NCBI GenBank assembly: GCA_043228905.1
Contig: JBHGNT010000001.1
Span: 5,704,001 to 5,768,000 of the forward strand
From: Azolla caroliniana
Taxonomy: Eukaryota > Plantae > Polypodiophyta
DNA: 64,000 nucleotides
Direction of reading: 5' to 3'
Shown here: positions 1 to 14,188 of the stretch, piece by piece
How positions within the stretch are numbered: the first letter of the stretch is position 1
Layout of the letters: each line of letters starts with the position of its first letter
Notes under the pieces: model-generated
The model's database searches: none
Told to the model about the DNA's origin: nothing
The model's input: only the letters and a program-made list of their open reading frames with translations
Program-made: the position numbers and the translations under genes

Positions 1-510
1 AGTAAAAAGAGCTTCAAGGGAAGAATGTTGGTTCTAAACATAACTAATGAGGAAAGAGGGCCTAGCAATGAAGAGAGCTAAGAGTGAAGTGGTTACCTAA
101 TGGTTAGAAAAGGTGGTAGTTTAATGAAATCTAGGAGCGAATAAATCTAGTGTTGACACAAGAGACTTGATTTGAAGAAAGCTAGGAGCGAATAAATCGA
201 CAAGGCTAGGAACAAAGTTGGACTACCATATTAGATGTCTATTCTAGTTCAAAATTGTTGTTCTATCACACTTTCACATATGTATGTCCATTTTTGAAAC
301 ATCTTCATAAATCATTGTGATCATAATATGGCATTACATTAATGAGGAAGAATGTCATGATGAAAGTTTCCACTATGGCCAAGAGTATATTGAGGTGTAT
401 GTAAAAGTGCAAGGGACAATGTGATTTTACATAAAGCTTTGCATACTTACAAAAGCTAAGAGACGATGTGATTTTAATTTTACAAAGCCAGAATATTACA
501 ACATTATACT

Positions 511-629
511 AGAATCAAGAGCTTGTTGGGAGTAGAGGCTCGTTGGAATCATGGGCTCATTGGAATAGAAGGCTTGTTAGAATCGCGGGCTCAAAAAATC
601 ATGAGCTTGTTGGAATTAGAGGCTGATTG
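511..629. repeat. Degenerate ~17-bp tandem repeat (about 7 units, consensus GAATCANGRGCTYGTTG)
   Basis: Successive units gaatcaagagcttgttg / ggagtagaggctcgttg / gaatcatgggctcattg / gaatagaaggcttgtta etc. Confidence 0.55.
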
Positions 630-3600
630 ACCAATTCGACCTCTCTCTCTCTCCACGAAACCACTTGAATGGTTAAGAATGAAAACTAGGACTAATTGCA
701 TCCAATTAACATAATAAAATTGGATTAAGTTCAAAATAAAGCTTTATAACAAGTTCCTTTTTCAAAATAGGGTTTACTATGCTATAAGAAAACATTCATG
801 ATGTTGATTATGAGAAGCATTTATATAAGTGATAATGAGGGTAGACCGGTAAAGCTAATTGTGATGGTCCAAGATACAGGGTATAGACAAGGCCTCATCT
901 ACGATCAATGACGACAATGCCTTTTTATTGATATAATGTTTCTTCCCTCAAACACCCCCCTAACACACTACGGTGGCTTGGTGGTGGTGCCAAAAGCCAA
1001 AAGAGGGAAAGAAGAGATGAAGGAGACGTGGTCCAATTCCACACTCACACTCACACTCACTCCCCCCTAACCCTAAGACCTAGCGAAAAGTGAAAATAAG
1101 AAAAAAGAAAAAGAAAGAAACCCTAAATTAAGAAAATAAATACTTCTTGAGCTCCTAAAACTCTCAAACACCAAAAATGACCAAACCCACAATAAGCTCT
1201 TCTTTCGTTTTTTATAGTTGAGAGAGGTGCCACCAACCGCGTTTAATGCTCACCAAGCCTTCTCTATCAAATATGTGATAATGTGTTGCCTTTACACAAA
1301 ACTAAGACTTGCACTCTACACCTCTTACCACAAAGTTTGTACCTTTCCCATTTAGCTATTTATTTTCAATGTGTTGGACTTATTACAAATTAAGTTACAT
1401 TGTTTGATTTAGATTTCTGATTGAATGGTTAAACTTTTTTTTTCCCTAATGGATTAATCAATTTAAATTTTTTTGTTTAATAGTTTAATTCATTTAACTT
1501 AAATGTGTTTTATTGAAAATTCTTTAACTTAATTTTTTAATAAGTTTAACATAAATGGTTCAATGTTGTTTCAAGTTTTCCTTAAGCCATTTGGTTTTAT
1601 CTTTTCTTGAAATAGTTTGATTTGGTTTAAATGGCTTGGTAGTTCTTAAACAGTTTGCTATTGTCCAAATTTCAAGAGGTACACCACATTGGTTGTGTTA
1701 AACCAACAGAGACCGATTTTTGAAGTGTCAATCTTCGATAGCAAACTGTTTATTAGGTTGGATGTAGTATAACCCAAATACTTGACTGAATGTGTCGTCA
1801 TCTTGACAAGAAACATCTCCATCAACAGTCGAACAATATTGCAAGGGTGTAGCCCTTCTACATTAACCCTCCATGTGTCGACTAACAATTGCACCATCAC
1901 TTCGATGCCTTGATTTGCAAGATGTAGAAAAGCTCATTAATAGTTGCCTCCTTATCCACAATATTGCAAGTAGATGATCACTTCAGAATTGAACAACAAG
2001 TTCCTATTATTAGTCAACCAAATGTTAGAAAACAACCTCCTATACCTGCCAAAGGACCATGTGCAAAGACGTTCACTTCATTGAAATGAACTTGTGGATC
2101 CTTTAATTATCTTGAAAGCATCATCCAACATCTATTGCAAGAGTGCCTTTATTAGTTTCTAATCTTGATGTTTTATTTCAAGGAAAGAAGGTTGCAATTG
2201 TTACCAAAGAGTAGCGTGTTGGTTACATTCTCAATATCCCACTATGTCCAAGGTCATTTGGATTTTGTTTGTTCTCTTTTTGTAAAACTTGGTTGTCACA
2301 AGTTTATATTGCTTACTATTGAATGAGTTGAACTTATATTAGTAGGTCTATTCTTCAAAGAGACTCTATCTCGCTCATCACTGTGAGGTTCTATTTCATT
2401 TATCTTTAGACCTTCATAACTTCTTTATAGCCCATGAGCTCCCTACATCTGCTGCCATAATGTGGTCTTTCTGCAGACAAAACCTTTTCGGCAAGTGTAG
2501 TTGTCATGTTGATCTTCTTATTAGTAGTGTGTGGATTTTCTAAAATACTTACAATCAACTTTACAAACACTTTTGCATCATCTAAAGGTGCAATATGTTG
2601 AAAACCTAAAAAGCTTAGAGATGATCTTTACTCCAATACAACCTATGTGTTGATTTATAGGCGAAACCTTTTAACAAGGCAAAGCATTCATATAATCACC
2701 ACAAATAGTTGAGATCATTCAAGTATGGGGGTTGTAGGAATTGTTAATTCAATAATCTCAACATTATTTATTAAAAATGTGAGACCATATTTATTATGGT
2801 TGTTGTAATTATGAACTAAATAGTTGCACCTCTTCAAATTTAAGTAACTTGGAAGGACAAATTCGATGCCTCTACACAAGTATGCATATAATGACATGTT
2901 GTCATACTCGTAACTCAATATGTATATCAACTTTGTATCATAAGCATGTTTAGATTTATGATTATATCTACCCTAGTTAAGTGCATTAATTTCTACTATC
3001 AGTATTTAGAGATCATCCATGAGCACAACTATTTATATTAATAGAGCTCGGAAGTTTGTTTATAAAAATGTTGGAATTTGATTTATAATACTTGCATCAA
3101 GTACAATTTTCATAATGAACCATATGGGCTTTAGAAAAAAACAAAATTAACGTGGATATGCCTTTGCGAAAAGTTTGTGGCAAAGTGGAAAGGGAAAATT
3201 AAAAGCTAAAGAGATGGAAAGGACAAATTTAAAAGGTCTAATCGGGTAGCTCACTTATCCAAATTCAAGCGGTGGGTAGCTACCTTTGAAGAAATTTTAA
3301 GCATTGGTGGGTAGCTCACTTCTAAACATTAAGAACAGGATGCCCATCCTATCAATTAGGTTGGATGTCTCTCCTGTGATAAATCAATGTGTCTTCATGT
3401 AGCAAACCCAATCTTTCCTAACAAGTATATCAACCTTATTGATATAGAATAAACCTAATGTGTGGCTCTCTCTCACCTTTACAACTTTACACACATTTCT
3501 ATCTCTTTCTCACACACACACACACACTTTTTAGTTTTTACCAACATTTCTTTGTCTCTCTCTAACGTTTACACACACATACGTACATTCTCTCTCTTCA

Positions 3601-3911
3601 TTTGTTTAAATATTGAGTCTCACTATTCAAGTATTAGTGGGTGAGGAGGTTAGTTCTACTCTAAGATCTCATAGGCTATGTTTGGCCTTCAAGGATGATT
3701 AGAAAATCCTATCTATCTAGTTATCTTCTACTTACCTTTGATACTCTTCACCAAGTAGGAAAACATAATTTAGTCTAAATCTTTGTGGTTCATTCATAAA
3801 TCAATATAAGAAAACTACATAGGAAGAATATGAACAAATCATATTGTGATTGTGATTAATTTCCTCGCCATTGTAAATGAGAAGAATATTTTGGGTTATT
3901 AACAAGTAGAG

Positions 3912-4313
3912 ATGGTGAGTAATACCCTAATTACCACTTTGGTGATGGGGGCGATTCTTTTGATAGGGGTGTTATACGTTTGGCAAATAAGGAGGAGGTC
4001 AAAGCTCCATTTGGCATCTTTTAAAGGGAAGCATGTCGTGATAACCGGCGGGTCAAGCGGCATAGGGTTTGCATTGGCAAAGAGGTGTGCAAGGGAGGGT
4101 GCATTCCTCACGCTCATTGCGCGCACCCCTACCAAATTGGAGGCTGCCCGAGATGCAATATGTTCCACACTTGGACTCCCACTCAACTCCATCCTCATCA
4201 AGGTTGAAATTGCTTCACATCTCTTCTCTATTATACTAAATTGCTCATCATGTAAAGAGTTGTGCTAATAACCATAGTGAGTGTTTGTGTTTGTGTTTGT
4301 GTTTGTATTTGTT

Positions 4314-4352
<39 letters not shown>

Positions 4353-5652
4353 CTTTGAGTTAAAATATAATTATAGGTCTTGCCTAGGATAATTACATTA
4401 TTGTATTCTCTTTATACATTTAAATTAGTAAGTATAGTCTATTTTACATAATTGCTCATTAACACACCATCAAATCATCATTTGGATGTCACACAAAACT
4501 AGCATACATATATTATAGATCACACACAAACATTTGAATCCTATGTGTTGTATATCCAAATATTGTCCATATGTAAGTAACTTTTGTTCTAGCTTGATAA
4601 TTTGTGATATTAAAAAAATGTTGTTGATACGTATGTTTTCTTGCAACTAATGGTGTTTGCCGCACATCAAAATGATTTTGGACTAACAAATGGGCTTTTT
4701 AAGAAATATTATCCCATTGATATAGTTTTAAAGTACATATATATTACTTAAACACTCTCATATGACGTATCATTTCAAATATGTTAGTAATCGTGTTCCA
4801 ATACACCATACATATTTCCATATGGATTTCTAGTATGAAAGTTATTTCAATTTCTATGAAATCCAATCCCAAAAGTTCCCAAACTTGAAGAGACTTTCTT
4901 GGTGCTTCCAAGGCCCAAAAATCAAGTCCCAGTAACTAAAGTTGTGTCTAAGCCTAAGCCTTAATGTTTATCTTCATCTATATGTGATTGCTTACTCATT
5001 ATTTATTATGAACACACCATTGTTTATAGGTTGCCGATGCATCTAACGGACAAGCGATATCAATGGCCATCAAGGAGAGTTTTGAGTGGAAACCTATTGA
5101 CATTCTAATATGTTGTGCGGGAATAGCTTCCTCTGGCAGAGTGGGTGATGCCAAGGTAGATGTCTTAGAGATGGTGAATAGAGTGAATTTGATGGGTTGT
5201 GTATTGCCCATCCATACTGCCTTACCATTGATGAAGGGTAGAAGCCTCACAAATCCTTCCTCCATTGTCATTATAAGCTCTTTAGCATCTTTGGTAAGTT
5301 ATAAGTTATGCAATATTTTAAAAAATGTTTGCCCTATTATTATAATTGGAGTCCATTAATTTATGGTTGAAGCCTTCATTTATTCTTATGTCTAATATAC
5401 TCCATATGGGCATCTTATGATGCTAGAAATTAAATATCTTGGCTTGGTATGTTTGAGTTGATTTTTAAATATTGTTTATAATGTCTTTTTCATGTAGGTG
5501 TTTGTTTATGCATCAAACATGTACACAGCAACAAAGTACGCCCTTAGAGGTTTTGCAGAATTATTAAGATTTGAATTGCTACCATGGAATATCAAAGTGA
5601 ACCTTGTATGTCCCGGTTTCACTGAAACTCCCATGCTTGACGAAGGTTATAT

Positions 5653-5701
<49 letters not shown>

Positions 5702-6698
5702 GGTCGTAAGTAAAATTCCTAAACATCAAGAATCACCACTCCATATCACACATACTATGTGAAAAATGTTTCACTCTTGGACTTGTAGGTCATATTTGAC
5801 TTTTAATTGTGACAATAAAACCTATCTATCTATCCCCCTCCACCTTTCTTCACAAACATGAACAAACACCTCCAAAATACCTGTATTTAATGTCCATATC
5901 AATCAATTTTGTGTACCATACCCTTGAGCATACCTCATTATTTATAGATAGTACTTTAAAGCTCAATACACTTCTACCAACTCAGAACATGTAAGGATAC
6001 AATAAAATAGGTTGGTGTGTTCTAACAATGAGCAAACCATTCATTGCCCACCAACAACTTTTTTTTGAGTTTTTAACCGCCCACATAATTACATGAACTT
6101 GACATATTGGCAACCACATCTGATCAGTAACTATAGAAATGGTATCAATTGAGTACACTAAGATCTTTGAATTCGTGAATTTTTCAAGAAAGTACAAAAT
6201 TCCTCATAACACAATTTATACAAGAAGATAACAGTTGCAACAACTATATAAGCTTCGAAGTAAAATGTATATGTCGTTTCAATTCTATTGTAGACAACTA
6301 GTAAGGAACCTAGATTTTACTTTTATAAACATGGCCGACCAATCGAGAAACTTACAATATGTGTTTGTTATATTACAGTTGACAAACAAGAGACAAATTT
6401 GCGGTTTGCAAACAAGATAGGGTTTTATAATAGGCGATTTGCAGAGTCCCCGGATGAGGTAGCAAGGAAGACAATTGAAATTGATGGGATAAAGAAGGGC
6501 GAGTTCCTTGTCACCACCACAGTCGTAGCCTATATGATTGGTACCTTGGCACGAGGCTTCATACCACCCGATTCCTTCATTTCGTTCATGATTGAGCTTG
6601 TCCTCCTTATCCCCATCAAAATTGCAAGTTTCTTTTATCTTCATTATATCAAACAAGTCATACTAAGAGGGGAGCATGTTAAAGCTCCAAAAGAATAA
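3912..6698 (+). CDS. TSC10: 3-ketodihydrosphingosine (3-dehydrosphinganine) reductase-like short-chain dehydrogenase, 340 aa; exons 3912-4202, 5030-5293, 5498-5645, 6379-6698
   Basis: N-terminal hydrophobic anchor, Rossmann motif HVVITGGSSGIG, DILICCAG, catalytic Ser (ISSLAS) and YTATK, CPGFTETPML, hydrophobic C-terminus. Three GT-AG introns join the exons in frame (291+264+148+320=1023 nt). Family assignment is from motif recall, not a search. Confidence 0.85.
4319..4350. repeat. (GT)n microsatellite in intron 1
   Basis: Direct read. Confidence 0.9.
5654..5698. repeat. (CT)n microsatellite at the start of intron 3
   Basis: Direct read. Confidence 0.9.
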
Positions 6699-7176
6699 TT
6701 CTTTGTATTTAATATTGAGCAACATTTGAATTAATTAATTATTTACGTGCCCCAAACACAATGTTACTATAAATTGAGTCTTTTCTTGTCAAGGGCTGTG
6801 AAAAGCCTCCCCTCTAGCGATTTACATTTTTGGGCAGAAATTTGTTATACCATTAAAGAGAACTAGATTCCATACTTGGATATAAGGTAGGTAGATACTT
6901 TCACTTATTAAGAAAATTAGCAACCATGTATAATAAATAGAAAATGACCTACAATGACGTATTATTTTAAAGTGACACTTCTAAGTTAACCCACACACAT
7001 TCTCTTGTAGAGAACAAACAACTCATAATTGATGAAGAATTATGCTTCGGTAACAATAAGTTACTTTACTAGTACGATAGCAAAATTTAATCTTCTAAGT
7101 CAAGTAATTCTTCATCAATGTTCATTGTGTCTTCATTAGAAACTTAATGACAAACTTAATTACCTAATAAATTTAT

Positions 7177-7489
7177 GGGAAAAGTACCAGGATACCCCTG
7201 GAAGTTTGTCTATTTACCAGAATGCCCCTAGAAGCTCCAAATTTACCGAACTACCCCTATGTCCAGAAAATTACACTTTATAAAGTAATTATACACTCAA
7301 ATCTTTGGTAAATAGGGCTAATTCGGGTCCATTTCTTCCATCTTTGATAAGTAGGGCTTGTAGATTTGAGTGTATAATTACTTTATAAAGTGTAATTTTT
7401 TGGACATAGGGGTAGTTTGGTAAATTTGGAACTTTCAGGGGCATTCTAGTAAATAGACGAACTTCGAGGGGCATCCTGGTACTTTTCCC
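7177..7489. mobile_element. Mutator-like MITE, copy 1 (313 bp, ~128-bp TIRs)
   Basis: Termini GGGAAAAGTACCAGGAT...ATCCTGGTACTTTTCCC; 9-bp TSD TAAATTTAT / TAAATTTAA; near-identical to 14189-14501 in opposite orientation. Confidence 0.9.
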
Positions 7490-9450
7490 TAAATTTAATG
7501 AGCATATGTGATGACACATGATATCCATAAGCAAGAATCTTTTTGTTATAAACTTAATCCAGGTTGAAGAATCTTTAGAGTGCTTATATTTATTATATAG
7601 GCTTCAAAAGGGAATCCTACAAACATCTCATGGTTACCTATGCAAATTCCCTACATGTGTTCTTACATATCTTGGATTCCTATATACTACAAAATATTAT
7701 ATTACTTTCTTTAATATGTGCATGTTGGACATTCAATCTTTATATCAAACTATTAATATGTATGTATCTACTACATGATATTCCTAATGCTACTAAATTT
7801 TAACACACTTTTTGGGAGAGCTCTTCTAGAGTGTGTGAACCAAAAAATAGATTCTTTGTTCCACTTTAGATGCATCCGAATCAATGCCATGTGTCTGAAT
7901 TGCCAATTCCAAAGATCTTCGCATCTTACATCAAATCATACTTCAAATTTCAAGACTACTAGACTGCCACTGCATGTATGTAGTTATCTCTATTAATTAG
8001 CTACTATCTTTCAAGTTGATTTCTTGTCATTTGTGCTACATTGTGAAACGTTTGAACTTTCGACTTGAGGCTGTGCTATTTCTGTTGTACTACATGTTTA
8101 CATCATTATTGGATCTTCCATCCCTTCTAACAAAAGAACTTATCTTCTATTTTATTTGTGTCTCACGACATATTTACATCATTATTGGATGTCCATTCGG
8201 TCTAATGGAAGGGAGTGAAGCTAAGGACCCTCCTCTATCACAATGTCTTGATTTTTCTTTTAGATAGCTTTCTGGACTTCTATCTGCCAAAATGGGTGTT
8301 GGATTGTGCACGAGTTATGTTATTGCTTGCTTGCATATTTTCAACAATGTGTTTTAATCTTCATTAGTAATTACTCAATCATGGAGCTAAGGGTGCCTTT
8401 ATTTTAAGCCAATAAATCTATCCCTTTAGAGGAAATTTGGACTCAATATTGAGCCTTTATAAAGTGTTTAGAATGTTCCCGACCACGAGCAAAGGTTAGC
8501 CTTGGGAGACTTTTGGGGTTGCTCTTCGAAGAAAAGGTGATAGCTTTCACATCACAATTTCAAATTGCATGTTACTTTGGTTTAGGTACCTCCTACTCAA
8601 ATTTCTCTACTCGAAGTCACGTTTACTAAACCTTCAGACATCCACAAATGCAAGTGCATATACATGTAACATAAAATCATCTTACAATGCCCTATTAATA
8701 TGAATCCAAATTTTGGTTAATGCTTCATATGATTTCTTATTAATCATGTTTTCATCTTCCTTTTCAAATTTGACTTTCATTCATTCAACAAATCTACATT
8801 TCTTCTAAATACAGTTGCTGTTAAAATTTGAAGATAATATTTGGGTGTTAATTTAACATCATGTTAATTACTCAATTGTTTTTCATGCGGCATTTTCCTT
8901 GATTTTATCTAAATATAAATTGATTGTTAATTCACTAGTTAAATCATATTGGTCAATCCATACAAGAGCCTATTTTTGTGCAATAATAACACAAATAAGC
9001 TGGTGATATAGTTCCATCCAAGCGTGACTGACTACACTTACATGCTTATTTGACATTTCTTGTAATATTTTGTGGCCCTTGCATACAATGGTTTTCTCCT
9101 TAACCGACCCATTGTACATTACAGAAGAATTTCAATATTTAGGAAGATAAAGATTGAAATATTTCTGATGATCAAGCGCAAAAAGTACATATATATATAT
9201 ATATATATATATATCCAACCGATCTTACACAGTCAAGAGCTCCACAAACCCCAAATTTATGGAAGTATATATGCTGCTTCACATAAGAGGTGAGGAGCTA
9301 AAGCAATTCTGTTATGTAATCACATTCCTTAAAACATTCTAGTCATAAAGGAAACTTAATGTTTCACCTTCAGTCTTTATCTTCTTATGATATCTCTATT
9401 AAGAGTTTTAACTATCTACCACATTTGTTCACCATCATGAAAACTGGTTT

Positions 9451-9578
9451 CATTAACAGGAAAGAGGTAATCAATCTTATCAGGCAAAGAAAAAATCACC
9501 ACTAATTCCACACTACATTAACAGGAAAAAGATGCAATCTTATCAGGCAAAGAAAAAAACGCCACTACTTCCAGACTA
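9451..9578. repeat. Imperfect 65-bp tandem duplication downstream of the GRP gene
   Basis: cattaacaggaaa...caatcttatcaggcaaagaaaaaa...ccacta begins at 9451 and again at 9516. Confidence 0.75.
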
Positions 9579-9733
9579 TTCACAGCCTCACTTTTCTTCT
9601 ATAAAAGAGATATATCAAGGGAAATGGTGTTCAACAAACAAGCATTCACATTTTGGGTTCTTCTCAGGAAGTAGATTTCGAAATATGGAAACACACACAC
9701 ACACACACAGGCAGCCTGCAGGCAGAGAAACAG

Positions 9734-9764
<31 letters not shown>

Positions 9765-10012
9765 CAGTGCATGTGTGTGTGTAAGTAAAGGTACAAGCAT
9801 TCACATAAAGGATTACTAAGAAACACGTTGAAGAAAAGAGAAACTTCACCAAAACCATATTCTATGGAATCATCTCTTTGGAGCATATCAGCTTTTTCCC
9901 CATCACCATAAAAAAAGTGTCAGTGCAAAACAAAAGGTCTTGAGTAACAAAAGCAAAAAGGAAGTCAATACTCAATTTACAAACAAAAGTCTGTGTAATG
10001 TTTTCGTTTCAT

Positions 10013-12311
10013 TTACTTCCTCCAATTCTGCGCATCCGAGCCACCACTTGAATACCTATTGTTACCCCCACCGTAACCACCACTGCGATTGCTACCACCG
10101 TAACCACCATTTCCACCACCATTGGCATCATTATAGCCTCCGGCACGGCCACTGCCACCATATCCACCATTTCCTCCATCTGATCTCTCCCTGCTACCAT
10201 AACTTCCACGATCTCCATATCGTGAACCACCGCCTCCATTGGAGCCACGATAGCCTCCATCACCCCCGCCCGATCTTGCCTGAGCTTGGTTCACAGTAAT
10301 GTTCCTTCCATCCAGCTCTTTTCCATTCATCGATTCAATCGCATCCGTCATCGCTTGCTCATCAGAGAATGTCACAAAACCAAAGCCTCGTGATCGTCCC
10401 GTTTCACGGTCATTGATAACCTATGCAATGAGCACATACATGATTATATAAATTTAAATATATCTTTGTTTTGTTTTTCAGAGTTAAGGGAAATATCTCT
10501 ACAATGTAACATCGTTTGTTAAATATTATGAAGAAATCAATCACAAGCATAGAAACACACACATGTATGTATCTTACACATTTTAAGTGATGTGAGAACA
10601 ATTACATTGCATACAAACATCCGTGCAATGTATGTTTATTACACATTACAAGTGATGTGGAGACATTCAAATTGTTTATTAAAGCTGACGCACAAACACT
10701 CTGTAAGGTTATTAGACTCTTTTAGAATCAAATGATGTGGAAACATGGTTCCAGATTACGAGGCAATCAAGCTGTACAACTCCACACAATCCAATACTCT
10801 ATGATCTTAACTGATGTGGAAATAAAAAACTATCCACCTGCAAATAATCCTGGTCATTTAGAAAAATGGTGTATTGATTGTATAATCCATATCTTGGACA
10901 TAGTATTAAGTTTAGCGCTTTGCAGCAAAATGTTTTAACATCACAATTGCAAACTTTTAAAGTTTAATGAGAAACATCTTTCTGCAAGATCATACTATCT
11001 TGTTTCACACCTCAATACAAGTCAACATTCCATGTTGATTGGAACCTAGATGGAACATATATAATCAATATCTAGCAGCTCATACAAATTTTTAGAATAT
11101 CCATCAAGAAAATAAAGTACAAAATGGTGAGTTCGTTAAATCATACCTAGCTAAAAAGAAACCATCTCTGCATCTATAAGCATGCTAAATAATCTTATCT
11201 AGAAGCATAATTCTGCAAGGAACTATATTTTGAAGCTCTGTTAATCTGGAATAAGCTCAATCAGCTAGAATGAATATGCACAAGATAGAAAAAAGGTAGC
11301 TTGTGCACGTATAAGAAGGCCAGATTTAGAGTGATATGAAAGCATCCTTCAGTAAATTTTCTTTCTTAAAAACACTTCCAAACAATCCAATGATCAGTAT
11401 CATTATAAAGTGTTTTAGAGGCTCTTTACTGTTAAAGAAACGTTAGGTCTACAAACGGTGAAAAAACAATTGCAGAAGAAAAACTGAATTCCTAGGATTA
11501 CTTTAGAGATCTAATACTAGGTCAGAGAATGTCGATCAAATCCACTAGACAAATGGTGACTATCACCAAGAGCCTCAGTACCAGAAAAAATAAAATTCCA
11601 TAAGAGAAAACCCTAACGAATTCATATGCTCGGCAGAATCTACAAGAGACAGATGTTACAATTTCGGTTGACAAAAGGTGACCTTTACACATTTAAAACT
11701 GAGAAAACGTTCAAGCACACGGTCGAGGGAAGAGAAGAGAGAGACAAAGGGAAACAATTTTCAGCAGAAAGGAATTACGATAAAAATGTATATATCTTCT
11801 GCATCCAGAGTTTTATCACGCGCAGTAGCAGAAAAGAAGCAATTTGCAAAAAATAAAATGGGAAATTCAAATATAGCCTTCGTGTCTAAGCATAACCCGA
11901 AAATTTCAATATCTAGTGATCTGAGAGAACAAACAAAACAAACAGACGAGGGAGAGCATGGAAAGCAATACCTGAGGTTCTGATGAAAACTACTTCAACA
12001 AAAGAGAAGAAAGAGTTAAAGGAATGGAAGTGAAGATAGATTTATGCATGCGACTGTGAGAGAGGAGGTATTGTTATAGTAGAAAGAATAGATGGGAATA
12101 AGAGAAGGAGAAGAGACATACCTGAGATTCTGGGCAACACATTCTAAACAGGAGAAAAGGAGGAGGAAATGAGAGAGAAAAACAAAGAAACATATACCTT
12201 GGAGTCGACAACTTCGCCGAAGTCTCGAAAGGCGTCGGCAAGACTGCGATCATCGGTGGTCCATGCGAGACCTCCGACGAAGCAGCGATACTCGAGATCT
12301 GCAGCGGCCAT
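10013..12311 (-). CDS. Glycine-rich RNA-binding protein (RRM plus Gly-rich tail, GRP7/GRP8 type), 173 aa; exons 12311-12198 and 10420-10013
   Basis: [17 protein letters not shown] (RNP2) ...DSK | [18 protein letters not shown] (RNP1) ...[12 protein letters not shown], followed by GGYGG repeats. GT-AG intron 12197-10421 is in phase 0 at the position typical of this family. Confidence 0.95.
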
Positions 12312-12389
12312 GGAAGCTTGGAGACGGGAAGGAGGAGGTGGAGAGAGAGAAACAGAAAGAGAGAGAGAAAGAGTGAGAGAGAGAGCTTT

Positions 12390-12592
12390 TAGGGTTTTTG
12401 GAGAGTTACACAACTCAACTTACCACATTAGGTTGAGTGACTGATGGATTGCTAAGTCTAAACAAATCCATTAATAATTCGTTTGCTTGGAAATCTTGAT
12501 TTCTATCTAGTTCAGGTACCCACCACAACAACGTAAGAGTATGTGCATAAATATCTCCTTTTCGTTGTTGCCACTGGGCCCGCCCAGCCCAG
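12390..12592 (-). promoter_or_regulatory. GRP proximal promoter/5' leader: telo-box and site II-like motifs
   Basis: AAACCCTA on the minus strand at 12397-12390; TGGGCC at 12575-12580 followed by GCCCA repeats. The telo-box/site II pairing is known from plant translation and RNA-processing genes; function here is inferred. Confidence 0.5.
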
Positions 12593-14188
12593 AAATGCCA
12601 TGGTTTTTGCCGTGATTTTGTCTCTAGGTCAACAGATGTTTTTATCCCGCCCTGCAAGGCTCATTTGTATTGGCTTTCATGATTGTGGAATCCATCGAGG
12701 GAACTACTTCTCAATTTTGTCGCTATTTTTCAGTAACAATCTATTCATCGACAAGTTATTGCACAGTGAGCGAATCTTCTATCTCCCCATGTGCTAACGG
12801 TAACCGGAATGAATACTGGTTTAACAAATCAATTTTTTTCATTTCATTTTTTTGCTTTCACGCATCCTTGTTGCACTATCATTGTCGACCACTCTAGCAT
12901 GTCTTTACTTAGGATCTCAATAGACACCAAATGTCTCCAAACAATTGAAACATCCATCTCAACCATGGCTCAATGGACAAGTCAGTTTGTCTCTTCTCTC
13001 CCTTTGTCTCTCATTTTCTCTAAATCCCAATTTCTATAAGGTCATTACTCTATGATGTTATCGTGCAAAGTACATAACCATTGGAATGCATGATGTTCCC
13101 GTGCAAAGTGATTATGTGGAAGGAAGCCTAACCTATAACAATACAATGTGCATCATAGCATATCATCTTTGCACAAGTCAGAGTTAGTGTGAGCCAAGCT
13201 TTGATCAAAAGTAAAAAAGAAGTGCAATTTTTTGGGTTGCATGCTCGGGCAAAAGATCTACATAGTGCTACAATCCGTTGACCTGCTAAGTTTAGGTAAG
13301 TCAAGATATTGCGCTCAATGACTCTACATCTTCATGCGCCTTCAAAGTTTCTCACACCCACAATGAAAGAGGCCATTGACGTATATCTCAAGCCAATCAA
13401 AACACCACTTGATATATGTACATACAATCTAACAATGGATGTAGTACAAGATAAAGCATTGCTCAAACAGTTCTATCAACAAGCGCAAAACGTTCCCAAT
13501 GGCAAAAGGATATTCGCAATTACATGACACAAACTATGATTAAACCTTTGCCCTATTGGAAAAGATTAATATATTTAGACAATGTTAGAACTAAGGGTGG
13601 TTCCATACATAGATGTATGTGTAGAATGTCTTCCCCCAATGTGAGCTAGGGGAGGAGGCATACATGCAATAGACCTCAAGGTTCATGTCAAAATCCAATA
13701 TGTGTGGAGTATGTTAGCTACAGAAATTGATGCCTCAAATGGGCACCAAAGGGCATGGATTTTAATGGTCATCTAGTACCTACATAGCATCAAATTCCAC
13801 GTGTTTAAATTGGAGAATTCAATCTAAATCTGAAATGATTCTAATGATACACATTCCTTCTCTTGCATGTTGATGTCTTGCCCATAGGAGAAGATTTCAA
13901 TTGGCTCAACTCATGGAATCGAACAATTTGGGTGAGGTTCATTATTGCATTGGCATTCTTATTACTTTTACAACTCATGATTTCTTCCCTACACTATGCC
14001 ATTAAATTTTGAACTTATTTTTCAAGTTCAACATGGTGGATTGTGAGACTATTACAACCCCCTTAGATAATTAGAATCTGAAATTGCAAATGGATCATGG
14101 ATCCTCTATATAAACCAAAGACAATAACTACAGATCATATATCATTTTACTCTTCCCCACATGTAAGATGTTGATATAGTATTAATTA

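Noticed and set aside
1658-2930. Short ORFs that could be old transposon or gene remnants
   Set aside because: No recognisable motif, termini or splice structure.
9940-10299. His-rich 119-aa ORF on the plus strand
   Set aside because: Antisense shadow of the Gly-rich GRP exon.
12900-14000. Possible decayed transposase upstream of the GRP gene
   Set aside because: Only short fragments with many stops; no catalytic motif or TIR could be identified by eye.
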